Shown: positions 10,629-20,405 of the stretch, one piece after another
Numbering within the stretch: position 1 is the stretch's first letter
Layout: every line of letters begins with the position of its first letter
Assembly: GCA_963847855.1 (NCBI GenBank)
Contig: CAWKBM010000007.1
Location: forward strand, 85,079 to 149,078
Reading direction: 5' to 3'
Length of the DNA: 64,000 nucleotides
DNA from: an uncultured Acidimicrobiales bacterium
Lineage (GTDB): Bacteria > Actinomycetota > Acidimicrobiia > Acidimicrobiales > DATKAS01
The notes under the pieces: model-generated
Databases searched by the model: none
Seen by the model: only the letters and a program-made list of their open reading frames with translations
What the model was told of the DNA's origin: nothing
Position numbers and translations under genes: made by a program

Positions 10629-11044
10629 GTGAACACTCCTTCGGCGGTCGCGACTGATGCCGCGCTCGCCAGATATGCCGCCTCGAGCAGCGCTCGATTG
10701 GCCACCGTGAGGCGGTCGACTTCCTCGGCCCCGACGCGAAGGGCGTCGCGGTGCTCGGCCAGGATCTCCTGCCACGGCGGCGCGGCGCGGTCGACGATCT
10801 CGGTCAGCGAAGGTTCGTCCGGCAGGCCGAGCCGTTCGGCGAGACCGCTCACCTGCACGGCGCGTTCGAGCTCGGTCGTGCCGAGCTCGTCGAGCACGTC
10901 CTCGATCTCACGAGCGGCGAGGGCGATGAACCGCACCCGACCGGACGCGAGCAAGTGATGCTGCGTCTCGAGTCGATAGGTCAAGAGGTCCAGCAGCCGC
11001 CGCTCTCGAAGGAGCGTGTGGCTGAGTGCGGTCATGCCGTTCAT
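10625..11044 (-). CDS. FlgN-like flagellar chaperone family protein
   Basis: LSHTLLRERRLLDLLTYRLETQHHLL...ELERAVQVSGLAERLGLPDEPSLTEI resembles the FlgN helical pattern. Start taken at ATG 11044, with 11035 as an alternative. Confidence 0.5.
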   Translation of the reverse strand: MNGMTALSHTLLRERRLLDLLTYRLETQHHLLASGRVRFIALAAREIEDVLDELGTTELERAVQVSGLAERLGLPDEPSLTEIVDRAAPPWQEILAEHRDALRVGAEEVDRLTVANRALLEAAYLASAASVATAEGVFT

Positions 11045-11155
11045 CACCTCAGGCGTGATCACCGGGCGGGGCCGACGGAGCTCACTCTTCAGGTATCGGC
11101 ACGTTGGGTGGCGTTCTGAGCGGGAAATCGCTCCAATCGTCATCGAAAAGACACT

Positions 11156-12238
11156 CTAAGTGGCGGTGACGTCACGGTGGGGGATGGCGAATGCGGACGC
11201 GACCGCCGCGGCTCGCTGCACCAGATCGCGGGGCCCGGCGAGCGCGAGCAGCTCGGTGTTGCTGAGGTGCGAGACGCTTCCGACCCGCTCGCCCTTCGGG
11301 TTGTGGATGCCGATCTGGGCGCCGACGTACCGCTTCGAGTCGAACGCCAACACCTCGACGTGGCGACCCCCCTCCGCACACATCGCAGTGAGCTCCTCGA
11401 GCGTGAGCCATGCCTCGTCGTTGTACGAGACGACGAGGAGCTCGGCATCGACCTGAGTGATCACCGACGCCAACGCTCCCGGCATCGAGCGTCGAGAGTT
11501 GAACGGCGTGCGAGTCGCGGGATCACGCGCGTCGATGCGCTTGCACGCGACCCCGTAGTGCACGGGCGCGTCCCAGGCGACCAGCGTCTCCCACACGTGG
11601 TAGTTGGTGAAGTACCGGTGCTGGTTGTACGGCGGGTCGAGGTATGCGAGGTCGAACGAGCCGAGCGATGAAGTGACATCGAGGGCGTCGCCGCGCACCG
11701 CTCGCCCCTTCCCCGCCAGCAGCACGGGCGCGCGAAGCGTCATCCGTTGCTGGGCTCGTGGCGCCCATTGCTTGAGGTAGGCCATCTGCACGCCCGTAGT
11801 GGAATCCACGCGATCGGCCGCCTCGATAAGGCTCGTGAGCAGCAGCGGTTCGAGCGCGCTGCCGGCGTGCTCGGTTGCGATCGCCTCGCGTATGGCGTCG
11901 ATGCGAGCGCCGTTGTCGGGCGTGAAGAACCGGCTGCGATGGCAGAAGGTCTCGGTCACATAGCCGGCGTGGCCCGGGAGCGCGTCGAGCCGCGCGAGCT
12001 CGGTGATCAACCCGGGGTGGTCGACAGCGTCCGAGTCGGCCTCGATGTAGCAGCGGGCGAACATCTCGGCGTATCGAGCGGTGTCGACGGCGGTGACGTG
12101 CGTCCCCTGCTGCTTGAACGCCTGGGCGACGCGGGTCGTGCCGGTGAAGAGGTCGAGTGCGATGCGCGCGCCGGCGGCCTCGGCGATGGCGGCGAGCGTT
12201 GGCACCAGCCTTCGCTTCGAGCCGATGTACTTGATCAC
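11156..12238 (-). CDS. DNA adenine methyltransferase, D12/Dam class
   Basis: N-terminal IKYIGSKRRL, FTGTTRV SAM-binding region, and catalytic LDPPYN. Confidence 0.85.
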   Translation of the reverse strand: MIKYIGSKRRLVPTLAAIAEAAGARIALDLFTGTTRVAQAFKQQGTHVTAVDTARYAEMFARCYIEADSDAVDHPGLITELARLDALPGHAGYVTETFCHRSRFFTPDNGARIDAIREAIATEHAGSALEPLLLTSLIEAADRVDSTTGVQMAYLKQWAPRAQQRMTLRAPVLLAGKGRAVRGDALDVTSSLGSFDLAYLDPPYNQHRYFTNYHVWETLVAWDAPVHYGVACKRIDARDPATRTPFNSRRSMPGALASVITQVDAELLVVSYNDEAWLTLEELTAMCAEGGRHVEVLAFDSKRYVGAQIGIHNPKGERVGSVSHLSNTELLALAGPRDLVQRAAAVASAFAIPHRDVTAT

Positions 12239-12262
12239 GTGTGCTTGATCACCTGCACTTGA

Positions 12263-12703
12263 TCATCGGGGGGAGGTGCGCAGCACGAGGTTCGAGCCCT
12301 GTGCCTCGGCCGGCTGCAGGCGCCGTCCGGTCGCGCGGAAGTACGCGTTCACCGACCCGACCCAATCGTCGATCGGCCCGCGCAGTCCGAGGAATCCCGG
12401 CACGCCCGAGGTGTCCATCACGAGCTCGCCATCGTCGTCGACGTGTGCCACGAGGCGAGCCGACGCGGGGCCCCACTTGACCCGGATGCGCACGTGTCCC
12501 GGTCGGTCCAGCGCAAACGTGGTTTGCGGATCGCGCATCATCAGCCGCACCGCGCTCGGTGCCGGCAACCACGCGAGGTTCCCGGATCGCAAGGTGACTT
12601 CGTCGCGCTCCCCGTGCACGAACTCGACCAGTGCGGGCGGTGCGTCGGGCGGCAACGACGGCGGCAGCGGAGGCGCGGCCATCAGTCCCGGAGCATGCGC
12701 CAC
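12263..12703 (-). CDS. Hypothetical protein
   Basis: 146-aa ORF with good GC3 and no recognisable motif. The start may be the internal Met at 12682. Confidence 0.4.
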   Translation of the reverse strand: MAHAPGLMAAPPLPPSLPPDAPPALVEFVHGERDEVTLRSGNLAWLPAPSAVRLMMRDPQTTFALDRPGHVRIRVKWGPASARLVAHVDDDGELVMDTSGVPGFLGLRGPIDDWVGSVNAYFRATGRRLQPAEAQGSNLVLRTSPR

Positions 12704-13365
12704 GCGAGGGCGCTCATGTAGGCCATGGGCAGGCTGACCATCACGCGTTGTACGACGCCGTTGCCCGGACGGTCGACCTTCGTCGCGAAGATCGCCATCA
12801 GCGTGAGGCTCGTTGCCGATGTCGCGATCCCGATCGGGGCCATCGGCGCGAGGCGCTGGTCACGCGTGAGGTGGCGGAGCAGAAAGAGCGGGGCGGCCAC
12901 TGATGTCGAGTAGATGACCCCCGCTGAAATGTCGTGGCCGTCGTTCTTCCAGGACTGCTTCCAGTCATCGGGTTGGTCCGGCGGGTGCAGCAGCATCCGG
13001 TCTCGGCGCAGCAACCCAGCGCCGATCGCACCGGCCCCGGAGAGTGCGAGCAGGGTCGGCCCGAGACCGGCGCGCGTGCCCCCGAGCCGTTCGCGTAGGG
13101 CAGCCGCGAACACGATCGCCGACACCCCCATCGTGAGGAACCCTGACATCACCACCTGCGGGTGGCGTGCATCGGGCGCGGCGAGACCGCTGATGTGCTC
13201 GTCGCGGATCGAATAGCCGTCCTGCCGGCGTTCGCTCACGGTCATCGCCGTGAGGAATGCTGCGGGTCCGATGATGCCGGCGGCGGTGGCGATCCGGTGC
13301 AGAGTCGGCGTCACAAGTGCGACGCTACGCGTAACGCTGACCCCGAGAGTGAGACCGAACCCCAT
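12682..13365 (-). CDS. DUF998-like integral membrane protein
   Basis: Six or more hydrophobic segments. The start is uncertain: ATG 13365 overlaps the divergent ATG 13364 within a CCATGG. Confidence 0.6.
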   Translation of the reverse strand: MGFGLTLGVSVTRSVALVTPTLHRIATAAGIIGPAAFLTAMTVSERRQDGYSIRDEHISGLAAPDARHPQVVMSGFLTMGVSAIVFAAALRERLGGTRAGLGPTLLALSGAGAIGAGLLRRDRMLLHPPDQPDDWKQSWKNDGHDISAGVIYSTSVAAPLFLLRHLTRDQRLAPMAPIGIATSATSLTLMAIFATKVDRPGNGVVQRVMVSLPMAYMSALAWRMLRD

Positions 13366-14776
13366 GGCACAGACGCAGCCCTACGACGTGAGCTACGACG
13401 TCATCCTGATCGGTGGCGGCCCGGCGGGCGAGCACTTTGCCGCGCGGTGTGCAAAAGGCGGCTTGACCGTCGTCCTCATCGAGAAGGAGCTCGTCGGCGG
13501 AGAGTGCTCGTATTGGGGCTGCATTCCGTCGAAGACCCTGATCCGGCCGGGAGACATCGTCGCCGCGGCGCGGCGGGTGCCTGGCGCAGCCGAGGCGATC
13601 ACCGGCGAGATCGACGTCGCCGCCGCGCTCGCGCAACGTGACTACATGACGAACAACTGGACCGACGACGGACAGCTGCGCTGGCTCGAGAGCGCGCACG
13701 TCGCCTTTCTCCGGGGTGTGGGCCGCCTGACCGGCGAGCGCACCGTCGAGGTCACCGCTCCCGACGGCTCGACGCAAGTGATCGAGGCGACGAAGGCGGT
13801 CGTCCTCTCCACGGGCACGGGATCGGTCCTGCCTCCGATCCCCGGTCTCGCCGACGTGAAGCCCTGGGACAACCGCGGCATCACGGCCGCGAAGGAGCTG
13901 CCGCGACGGCTCGTGGTGCTCGGTGGCGGAGCGGTCGGCGCGGAGATGGCGCAAGGGTTCAAGCGTCTCGGCTGCGAGAAGGTCATCGTCGTCGAGGGCG
14001 GCAAGCGACTGCTCTCCCGCGAAGAGCCCTTCGCCGGGGACGAGGTCGAAGCGGCGTTCGCCGAAGAGGGCATCGAGGTGCACACGGGCGTGCACGCGAC
14101 GGCGGCGCGCCGTGAGGGAAGCGATGGACCGATCGTCTTGTCGCTCGACGACGGCACTGAGGTCGAAGGGGACGAGCTGCTCGTCGCGGTCGGGCGCCGC
14201 CCCGCGACGGGGGACCTGGGCCTCGACATCGTGGGGCTCGCGCCGGGCAAGTTCGTCGAGGTCGACGACCAGATGCGTGCTGTGGGCGTGCCCGGCGAGT
14301 GGCTGTACGCGATCGGCGACTGCAACGGACGCGCGCTGCTGACCCACATGGGCAAGTACCAGGCGCGGATCGCGGCCGATGTCATCCTCGGCAAGGACGC
14401 CGCGGATGTCGCCGATCACGACATGATCCCGCGCGTCACGTTCACCGATCCCCAGGTGTGCGCCGTCGGTCTCACCGAGGCGCAGGCGCGAGAGAAGGGC
14501 CTCAACGTGCAGACGGTCAGCACCGCGACGGGCGATGTGCCGGGTGCGTACACGGGGGGGAACGGCATCAAGGGCACGTCGTTCTTGGTGATCGACGAAG
14601 ACCGTGGCGTGATCGTCGGCGCCACGTTCACCGGCCCTCTTCTGCAGGAGCTGCTCCACTCGGCCACGATCGCGATCGTGGGTGAGGTGCCGATCGAGCG
14701 GCTGCGTCACGCGGTGCCGTCGTTCCCGACGGTCAGCGAGGTGTGGCTCGAGATGCTCGTCGAGTACGGCCTTTAG
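13364..14776 (+). CDS. FAD-dependent pyridine nucleotide-disulfide oxidoreductase (dihydrolipoamide dehydrogenase / mycothione reductase family)
   Basis: VILIGGGPAGE dinucleotide fold, redox-active GGECSYWGCIPSK, second Rossmann LVVLGGGAVGAE. Confidence 0.9.
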   Translation: MAQTQPYDVSYDVILIGGGPAGEHFAARCAKGGLTVVLIEKELVGGECSYWGCIPSKTLIRPGDIVAAARRVPGAAEAITGEIDVAAALAQRDYMTNNWTDDGQLRWLESAHVAFLRGVGRLTGERTVEVTAPDGSTQVIEATKAVVLSTGTGSVLPPIPGLADVKPWDNRGITAAKELPRRLVVLGGGAVGAEMAQGFKRLGCEKVIVVEGGKRLLSREEPFAGDEVEAAFAEEGIEVHTGVHATAARREGSDGPIVLSLDDGTEVEGDELLVAVGRRPATGDLGLDIVGLAPGKFVEVDDQMRAVGVPGEWLYAIGDCNGRALLTHMGKYQARIAADVILGKDAADVADHDMIPRVTFTDPQVCAVGLTEAQAREKGLNVQTVSTATGDVPGAYTGGNGIKGTSFLVIDEDRGVIVGATFTGPLLQELLHSATIAIVGEVPIERLRHAVPSFPTVSEVWLEMLVEYGL

Positions 14777-15591
14777 ATCTCCGTCACGAGGTCGCCCATC
14801 CGCAGCTCCGGTTCGTGGGTCTGGCCACCCAGCTCGAGGAAGTGGCGCATCGCGGCCTGCGCCTCGGGATCGCGCAGCGTGCGCTGGAACAGCAACGCTT
14901 CCTCGGCGAGGCCGTCGACGAGAGGAAGCTGCTCGGCGTTCAGCACCGACTCCTTCGCGAGCGCGATGGCGTTCGCCGGGAACCCCGCAATGCGCCGCGC
15001 GAGCGCGTCGACGAACGGTCGCAGCTCGTCGGGCGGAAGGGCGCGATTGAGGTAGCCCCATCGCTCGGCGGTGACCGCGTCGATGTCGACGCCGCCGAGG
15101 ATGATCTCCATCGCGCGACCGCGCCCGACGAGCCGTGGCAGCCGTTGGGTGCCGGTGCCGCCGGGAAGGATGCCGAGGGGCACCTCCATCTGGTTCACGA
15201 CCGTGCGCCCGATTGCGCCGAAGCGCATGTCGCATGACGCGGCCAGCTCGCTGCCGCCGCCGCCCACGCGCCCGCCGATCTCGGCGATCGTCGCCTTCGG
15301 CATCGTGCGCAGCCGCTCGCACATCGCGTGGAAGGGGTTCGGCGTCGTCTCCCTGGCCGGCTCGCCGTCGGTCGGAAACTGCAGGATTGCCGCGACGTCG
15401 AAGTGCGCGATGAAGAAGTCGGGATCGGCGCTCCGCAGCACGAGCACCTTCACGGCGCTGTCGCTCTCGATATCTCCGCAGAGCTGGGCGAGCTCGAGGT
15501 ACAGCGGGATCGTCATCACATTGATGGGCGGCGCGTCGATCACCGCGACGGCGACGCCGTCGCTCACGTCGACGTGCACGAGCGCGCTCAC
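14773..15591 (-). CDS. Enoyl-CoA hydratase/isomerase family protein
   Basis: Crotonase-fold pattern KVLVLRSADPDFFIAHFD...GGGSELAASCDMRF. Confidence 0.9.
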   Translation of the reverse strand: MSALVHVDVSDGVAVAVIDAPPINVMTIPLYLELAQLCGDIESDSAVKVLVLRSADPDFFIAHFDVAAILQFPTDGEPARETTPNPFHAMCERLRTMPKATIAEIGGRVGGGGSELAASCDMRFGAIGRTVVNQMEVPLGILPGGTGTQRLPRLVGRGRAMEIILGGVDIDAVTAERWGYLNRALPPDELRPFVDALARRIAGFPANAIALAKESVLNAEQLPLVDGLAEEALLFQRTLRDPEAQAAMRHFLELGGQTHEPELRMGDLVTEI

Positions 15592-16877
15592 CAGTCACCG
15601 GCCAGATCTCGCTTGCCCTGCTTGCTCGCCTCGGCAGCGTGGCGCATCAGGTTCCGTGCCATCGACGACTCCTGTTCCATCGCTCTCGTCTCGTAGATGT
15701 GCGCCCGAGTCTCGTGCGCTTCCTTCGTGTCGGGCGCGGCGATCACCGCGTGCTCGACGAGATGACACGCGAGGCGCAGGTCGCCTTCGTCGGCGAGCTC
15801 ACGAGCCCGGGCGAGCACCCGCTCGACTCCGCCGGCGAGCTGCACCCACTCGCGTGCTTGGTCGGCGCGCGGGGCGGGCAGCAAGTTGTCGGGTTCGCCG
15901 TCGTACCACCCGCCGTAGCGCCGCCAGACATTGCGAACGATGAACTGCGGGTGGTCGTAGACCGGTCGGAGGTACGGCTTGTCGCGCAGGTGCGCGGGCA
16001 CCTCCACTTCGTGGAGCACGCGATCGAGTGAGCAGCCGGTGTTCATCAGCATCAGGGTCTGCGCCTCGAGCGAGGCGAGCAGCTCCGCCGTGTCGGTGAG
16101 CGCGGCCCGCACGCGGTCGGCACCGAAGATCGGCAGTCCGTGGCCGGCGAGCAGCACCTCCGCGCCGAGCCCGGCCATCTGCTGCAGTGACGACGCCCAG
16201 TCGGACGCGTAGCGCTGCACCTTCTGCGGGTTGCCTGCGTTCGGCACTGCCCAGATGAAGAGGTCGCCCGGGTGGATGATCTTGCGTTCGGGCACCCATG
16301 TCCACGTCGCGTCGTCGGTCTCGCCGCGGCCGTGGTGCAGGTGGAACGTGAGGTCGCCTCGCGTGAACGTGAGATGGTCCTGGTAGGTGACGTCGGGATA
16401 GCGGTAGTGCTCCGGCCACCGGAAGCCGTCGACCGGCAGGCCGAACTGGCGCTTGTTGATCGCGGTGTTCCAGCCGAGCGTGTGCGTGTACCGATCGAAG
16501 TGGTGCGGTAGCTCTTCGTGGGCGTAGACGACGGGTGCCGGCCAACCCTTTTCCGCGGCCTCCTCCTCGAAGCGCTTGGTGCCGAAGACGTGATCGACGT
16601 GGTGGTGCGAGTACACGGCGGCGCGCACCGGGACTTCCGGCCGCCACCTCCGGATCTCGCGATGCACGAGGTTCGCGTCGAACTCGCCGCCGGTGTCGAG
16701 CATCACCAGTCCGTCGTCGGTGTCGACGGCGTTCACGCTCGCGATCGACTTCAAGCAGAAGACACCGTCGAGGATCTCCTCGCCGCTTCGGTGTGTGGCA
16801 GTGACGGGGTGGTCCGCGAAGACGAGGTCGCCGCCGCCGTTCCAAAGTCGCTCGGAGTCTTCCCTGATGCTTCCCAC
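15588..16877 (-). CDS. MBL-fold metallo-hydrolase, alkyl-sulfatase-like
   Basis: YSHHHVDH metal motif followed by a helical dimerisation-like C-terminus. No SCP2 tail. Confidence 0.8.
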   Translation of the reverse strand: MGSIREDSERLWNGGGDLVFADHPVTATHRSGEEILDGVFCLKSIASVNAVDTDDGLVMLDTGGEFDANLVHREIRRWRPEVPVRAAVYSHHHVDHVFGTKRFEEEAAEKGWPAPVVYAHEELPHHFDRYTHTLGWNTAINKRQFGLPVDGFRWPEHYRYPDVTYQDHLTFTRGDLTFHLHHGRGETDDATWTWVPERKIIHPGDLFIWAVPNAGNPQKVQRYASDWASSLQQMAGLGAEVLLAGHGLPIFGADRVRAALTDTAELLASLEAQTLMLMNTGCSLDRVLHEVEVPAHLRDKPYLRPVYDHPQFIVRNVWRRYGGWYDGEPDNLLPAPRADQAREWVQLAGGVERVLARARELADEGDLRLACHLVEHAVIAAPDTKEAHETRAHIYETRAMEQESSMARNLMRHAAEASKQGKRDLAGDW

Positions 16878-16923
16878 GCCGCGAGCATCGCACCGCCGTC
16901 ACGGGTGTGCGCTAGAGAGGAGC

Positions 16924-17319
16924 GTGGACCTTCAGCAGCACGCGATCGACACCGCCATCGAGATCCTGGCCATCGCCGATGGCCTCGAGCCCGATCGGCC
17001 GAGCCATCTCCTCATGAACGAGGCCGACCTGCGCGGGCTGCTCGAAGCCGCCGGGCTCGGCGCCGCGGAGGCAAACGAGACAGTGCACCATGCGTTCCAC
17101 GAGCACGGAGTCGCGAAGGTCGCCGCGCTGGCCAACACCTGGGCGCCCGCATCCCGGTGCGCGCAATGCGGGGGTCGCGTCGCACCGATCGTCTATGGCA
17201 TGCCGACGGTCGATCTGGGTGAGCTCGCGCAACTTGGCGTGATCTCGATCGGTGGATGCATGGTCGAGGAAGATCAGCCCGATTTCACGTGCATGAGCTG
17301 TGGAGCGACCTGGCGCTAA
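16924..17319 (+). CDS. Hypothetical protein with C-terminal Cys-pair (zinc-ribbon-like) motifs
   Basis: CAQCGG ... GGC ... CMSCG. Start assumed at GTG 16924. The track ORF start at 16693 lies inside the divergent gene. Confidence 0.4.
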   Translation: MDLQQHAIDTAIEILAIADGLEPDRPSHLLMNEADLRGLLEAAGLGAAEANETVHHAFHEHGVAKVAALANTWAPASRCAQCGGRVAPIVYGMPTVDLGELAQLGVISIGGCMVEEDQPDFTCMSCGATWR

Positions 17320-18104
17320 GCCGCAACCCGGTCGTTCGCTCGGGCCATCAGCTGCAGACCCTCGAGCCCCGGGAGCCGGTCGATGTGACGATCGACGCGC
17401 TCGACCGCGGCGCGACCCTCTTCGCCGCCGAAGAGATGGTGACCGACGAAGGTGACCTCCTCGTGAGGCATGACGTCTGAGCCGACCGGCGTCCAGAACC
17501 GTCTGAGAGCGAACCGTGTGGCGCGCTGCACTATGCGGTCGCCGTCGAGTCGCTTCGTCGCCTGCGATGCGTAGAAGTCGATGTGGCCACCCTCTTGTCG
17601 TTGGATCCGCTTGAGCAGCTCGGACAGCACGGGGTGCGCGGCCCGCTGGGCCAGGCGCCCGTATGCCGCCTGCGCCGTCCACTCGTTGATCGCACCCCAC
17701 GTCACGTGGATCGCCGCGAACGACCGGCCGGCGATCGCCGAGCCGAGGCCGAAGAAGAGCGGCGACAGGCTCTCCTTCATTCGCAGCCGCATCCGCATGG
17801 GAGTGACTCGGTCGCCGCCGGCTGGCTCGCCATGCGCCGCGAGCACCGCGCCGAGCGCCTCTCCATGCCAGTACTCCTCGAGTGCCCACATCGTGAGGAA
17901 CGTCGTCATCTCGTGGTCGCGGTGGGCGGGGGTGACCAGGAGGTCGCGCAGGTAGCAGATCGTGTGGTGCTCGATGTCGTGCATGTACCGGATGCAGCGA
18001 ATCGTCTCGGAGTCGAGGGGGTGACGTGCGAACTCGCCGAAGTTGACCCCGTCGAGGGCCACCGGCGCTGACCGGCGCTTGTAGGTCTCGATGTTGAAGC
18101 CCAT
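17316..18104 (-). CDS. Ferritin-like diiron-carboxylate protein
   Basis: Two ExxH motifs (EEYWH, QEGGH) in a helical 262-aa protein starting MGFNIETYKRR. The long upstream extension of the track ORF is Arg-rich and non-coding-like. Confidence 0.65.
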   Translation of the reverse strand: MGFNIETYKRRSAPVALDGVNFGEFARHPLDSETIRCIRYMHDIEHHTICYLRDLLVTPAHRDHEMTTFLTMWALEEYWHGEALGAVLAAHGEPAGGDRVTPMRMRLRMKESLSPLFFGLGSAIAGRSFAAIHVTWGAINEWTAQAAYGRLAQRAAHPVLSELLKRIQRQEGGHIDFYASQATKRLDGDRIVQRATRFALRRFWTPVGSDVMPHEEVTFVGHHLFGGEEGRAAVERVDRHIDRLPGLEGLQLMARANDRVAA

Positions 18105-18197
18105 GGCCCAATTTTCGTCGCACGTCGGCGTCCGGATGACAAGTGGGAGCGTCCGGCGGCCGCGAGCCCTGTCACAGCGGGCCCGTAGAGGGCGACC

Positions 18198-19719
18198 ATG
18201 AAGGATCGGGATGTCAGTGTGGGTGCCCTCGGCCGAGCGATCGACACGCTCGGGCCGCAGTTCCGCACGAAAGACGTATCGAACCACCCTGAGGTCACCA
18301 GAGCGCTCCACCGCTTCGTCAGCGACTTCAACTACCACGCGGCCGTGGGCAAGGCGCTCTCGGGCAACCGCCGCAGCCTCGGGATCGAGCTCCGGTCGAC
18401 GACCGGCGGCAACGCCACGTGGGGAAAGGTGGCGGCGGCCTCTGTCCCCGCTTCCGCCCCGGTCCCCGCTTCGGTCCCCGCTTCGGCCCCTGTCCCGGCG
18501 GGCGAGCGTCCCGATCCCCACGACCTGGGTCCTCAATCCGGCGGCGACACGCCGTTCGCCGCGCGGATGCGGCTGCACCAGAGCTGGTACCGCGCGACCG
18601 TGCTGCAGGTGCCATGTGGCACCGGGCCGCAGGCGGCGAGCCAGTCGCACTACGGCAACATGCTCGACGCGGCCGCGGGCGCTGCCGGGCTGAACTTCCT
18701 GACGCCCGAGATCGTCGCGATCGCGCGTGCACGCATCGCGCAGGGCGGAGGCGTCGAGCCATTTCGATGCCTTCACAACATGCTCTCGAGCCAGCCGATG
18801 TGCTTCAACCTCCTCGGCCCGCTCGTCGCCGACCTCGACCTCGCGACGCGATGCATGCGAGCCCTCTTGCCCGACGAGGTCGACCGGGTCACCGAGGTGC
18901 GCATCGAATACGCGCCCGCACCGGCCGATGAGTACCTCGGCGACCGAACTTCGTTCGACGCGTTCGTCGGGTACACGCCGACTCGACGGCACGAGTGCGT
19001 TCCTGGGCATCGAGACGAAGCTGACCGAGTCGTTCTCGCCGGGTGAGTACCAGAAGCAGAGCTACCAGCGACTCACCGAGTGTGACGGCTCGCTCTGGCG
19101 TCCAGAGGCGTGGGCGACGATGTCCAGGTCCGAGTGGAACCAGCTCTGGCGCAACCACTTGTTGGTCGAGGCGCTGTGCCGTCACCCGCGACCGCAGCAC
19201 GGCACACGCGGTCGGTCGGTCCTGATCCGCCATCCCGGCGACCTCGGCGTGGCTGCTGTCGTGGAGCAGTACCGCTCGTTCCTCACGGCGCCGGACGACA
19301 CGTTCTCTGATTGGACGCTCGATCGTGTGGTCGACGCGTTCGCGGGCGCGTGCGTCGACGAGCGAGAAGCGAGCTGGATCGAGCGCTTCCGGCTGCGGTA
19401 CCTCGACCTGGCCGCGAGTGAGGGTGCTGTGGCCGACCGATGCCGCCCGGTGCACCTCGTGCCGCCCCTCGTGCCGACGGCTGTTGCCTCGAGCGAGCTC
19501 AGCGACGGTGTGTGGGAGGTCGGTGTCGACGTCGAACCGGGCGTCTACGCGTCGACCTCGGTCGAGCACTGCTACTGGGAGCGCATGGGCAGCTTCACCG
19601 GCGACGACATCTTGGCCAACGGAACCGCTGATGCCGGCACGCATCTCATCGTCGAGATCCTCCCGACCGACGTCGGCTTCACGTCGCAAGGGTGCGGCAC
19701 CTGGCGCAAGCGCCGATGA
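18198..19719 (+). CDS. Multidomain PD-(D/E)xK-type nuclease-like protein, apparent frameshift
   Basis: NMLSSQPMCFNLLGPL, then FDAFVGY...FLGIETKLTESF, a D...E-x-K signature split between the 18198 and 18727 frames at about 18978-18985. There is a PASAPVPASVPASAPVPA linker and a C-terminal Cys-containing domain. Confidence 0.6.
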
Positions 19720-19736
19720 TCGGCGGCACCGGCCGC

Positions 19737-20396
19737 CTAGAACCAGATCGCCTGCAGGTGTCCCCGCACGACGGGTGGCGGGTCCGGGAGGCATGTCCCG
19801 TCACCGCGAGCCAGCCGTCTGGCCGACCACGCGACCGCGCACGCGTCGAGCAGATCCGCGGTCTCCCGCACATTGGTCGGGATCGTGAGGCCGTGGCCGA
19901 CCAGAACGGCCCGGCGCAGCGTCGCGCCCTCGCGGGTCTTCTTCGAGCGAGCGATCACGTGCCCGCACATGGCAGCGAACGACAGCTCTGGGTGCACCTC
20001 GTACACGGGACACGGTGCGGACGCCAGCCACTCGTCGATCTCGGCGATCTTGGGCACGAGGCCCCATGTCTGCAGTGAGATCTTCTTTCCGAGGGCCAGC
20101 GCGGATACCTGCTTGGCCTCCTCGTAGGTGGCGGTGGCGAGCACCGCGGAGATCGGGGCGTTGAACACCCGGCTGCCGTGGGGTGAGAGCGCGCGGCGCG
20201 CGGCGGTGTCGCACGGCCGGTCGCTGTCGTCGCTCAGATGGACGGGCATGTCGACGCCGATGACATCGACATCACCGGCGAACGCAACGAGCGAGGAGAT
20301 GTGCTTCGCAACGGTTGCCTTGGGCGGGGAGTCGTCGTCGAGCACGACACCGACCCATCCGCCCTTGCAGCCGTCGGCGCCCAGCACGCGCGTCAC
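19737..20396 (-). CDS. DUF429 domain protein (predicted RNase H-fold)
   Basis: N-terminal VLGADGCKGGWVGVVL, typical of DUF429. Confidence 0.8.
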   Translation of the reverse strand: MTRVLGADGCKGGWVGVVLDDDSPPKATVAKHISSLVAFAGDVDVIGVDMPVHLSDDSDRPCDTAARRALSPHGSRVFNAPISAVLATATYEEAKQVSALALGKKISLQTWGLVPKIAEIDEWLASAPCPVYEVHPELSFAAMCGHVIARSKKTREGATLRRAVLVGHGLTIPTNVRETADLLDACAVAWSARRLARGDGTCLPDPPPVVRGHLQAIWF

Positions 20397-20405
20397 CCGA
20401 GCGGC

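Noticed and set aside
13363-13366. Divergent genes whose start codons overlap within CCATGG (also seen at 21442-21444)
   Set aside because: This is probably start-codon over-extension by the ORF caller rather than genuinely overlapping divergent starts. Downstream alternative starts exist (GTG 21405 for the MmcQ-like gene, and internal GTG/ATG codons for the DUF998 gene).
13325-15598. 757-aa minus-strand ORF, the longest in this interval
   Set aside because: Arg/Asp/Gly/His-rich low-complexity translation with no motifs. It is antisense to the well-supported disulfide oxidoreductase (13364-14776) and out of frame with the same-strand enoyl-CoA hydratase (14773-15591), which it overlaps. This is a typical shadow ORF of high-GC DNA.
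18443-18500. GTCCCCGCTTCG tandem repeats containing GTCCC half-sites, considered as DosR boxes
   Set aside because: They lie inside a coding region where they encode the PASAPV linker, 30 kb from the island, and have no paired GGGAC half-site.
11156-19719. Dam-class methylase and the PD-(D/E)xK nuclease as a restriction-modification pair
   Set aside because: They are about 6 kb apart on opposite strands, with seven unrelated metabolic and membrane genes between them. Nothing in the sequence links them.
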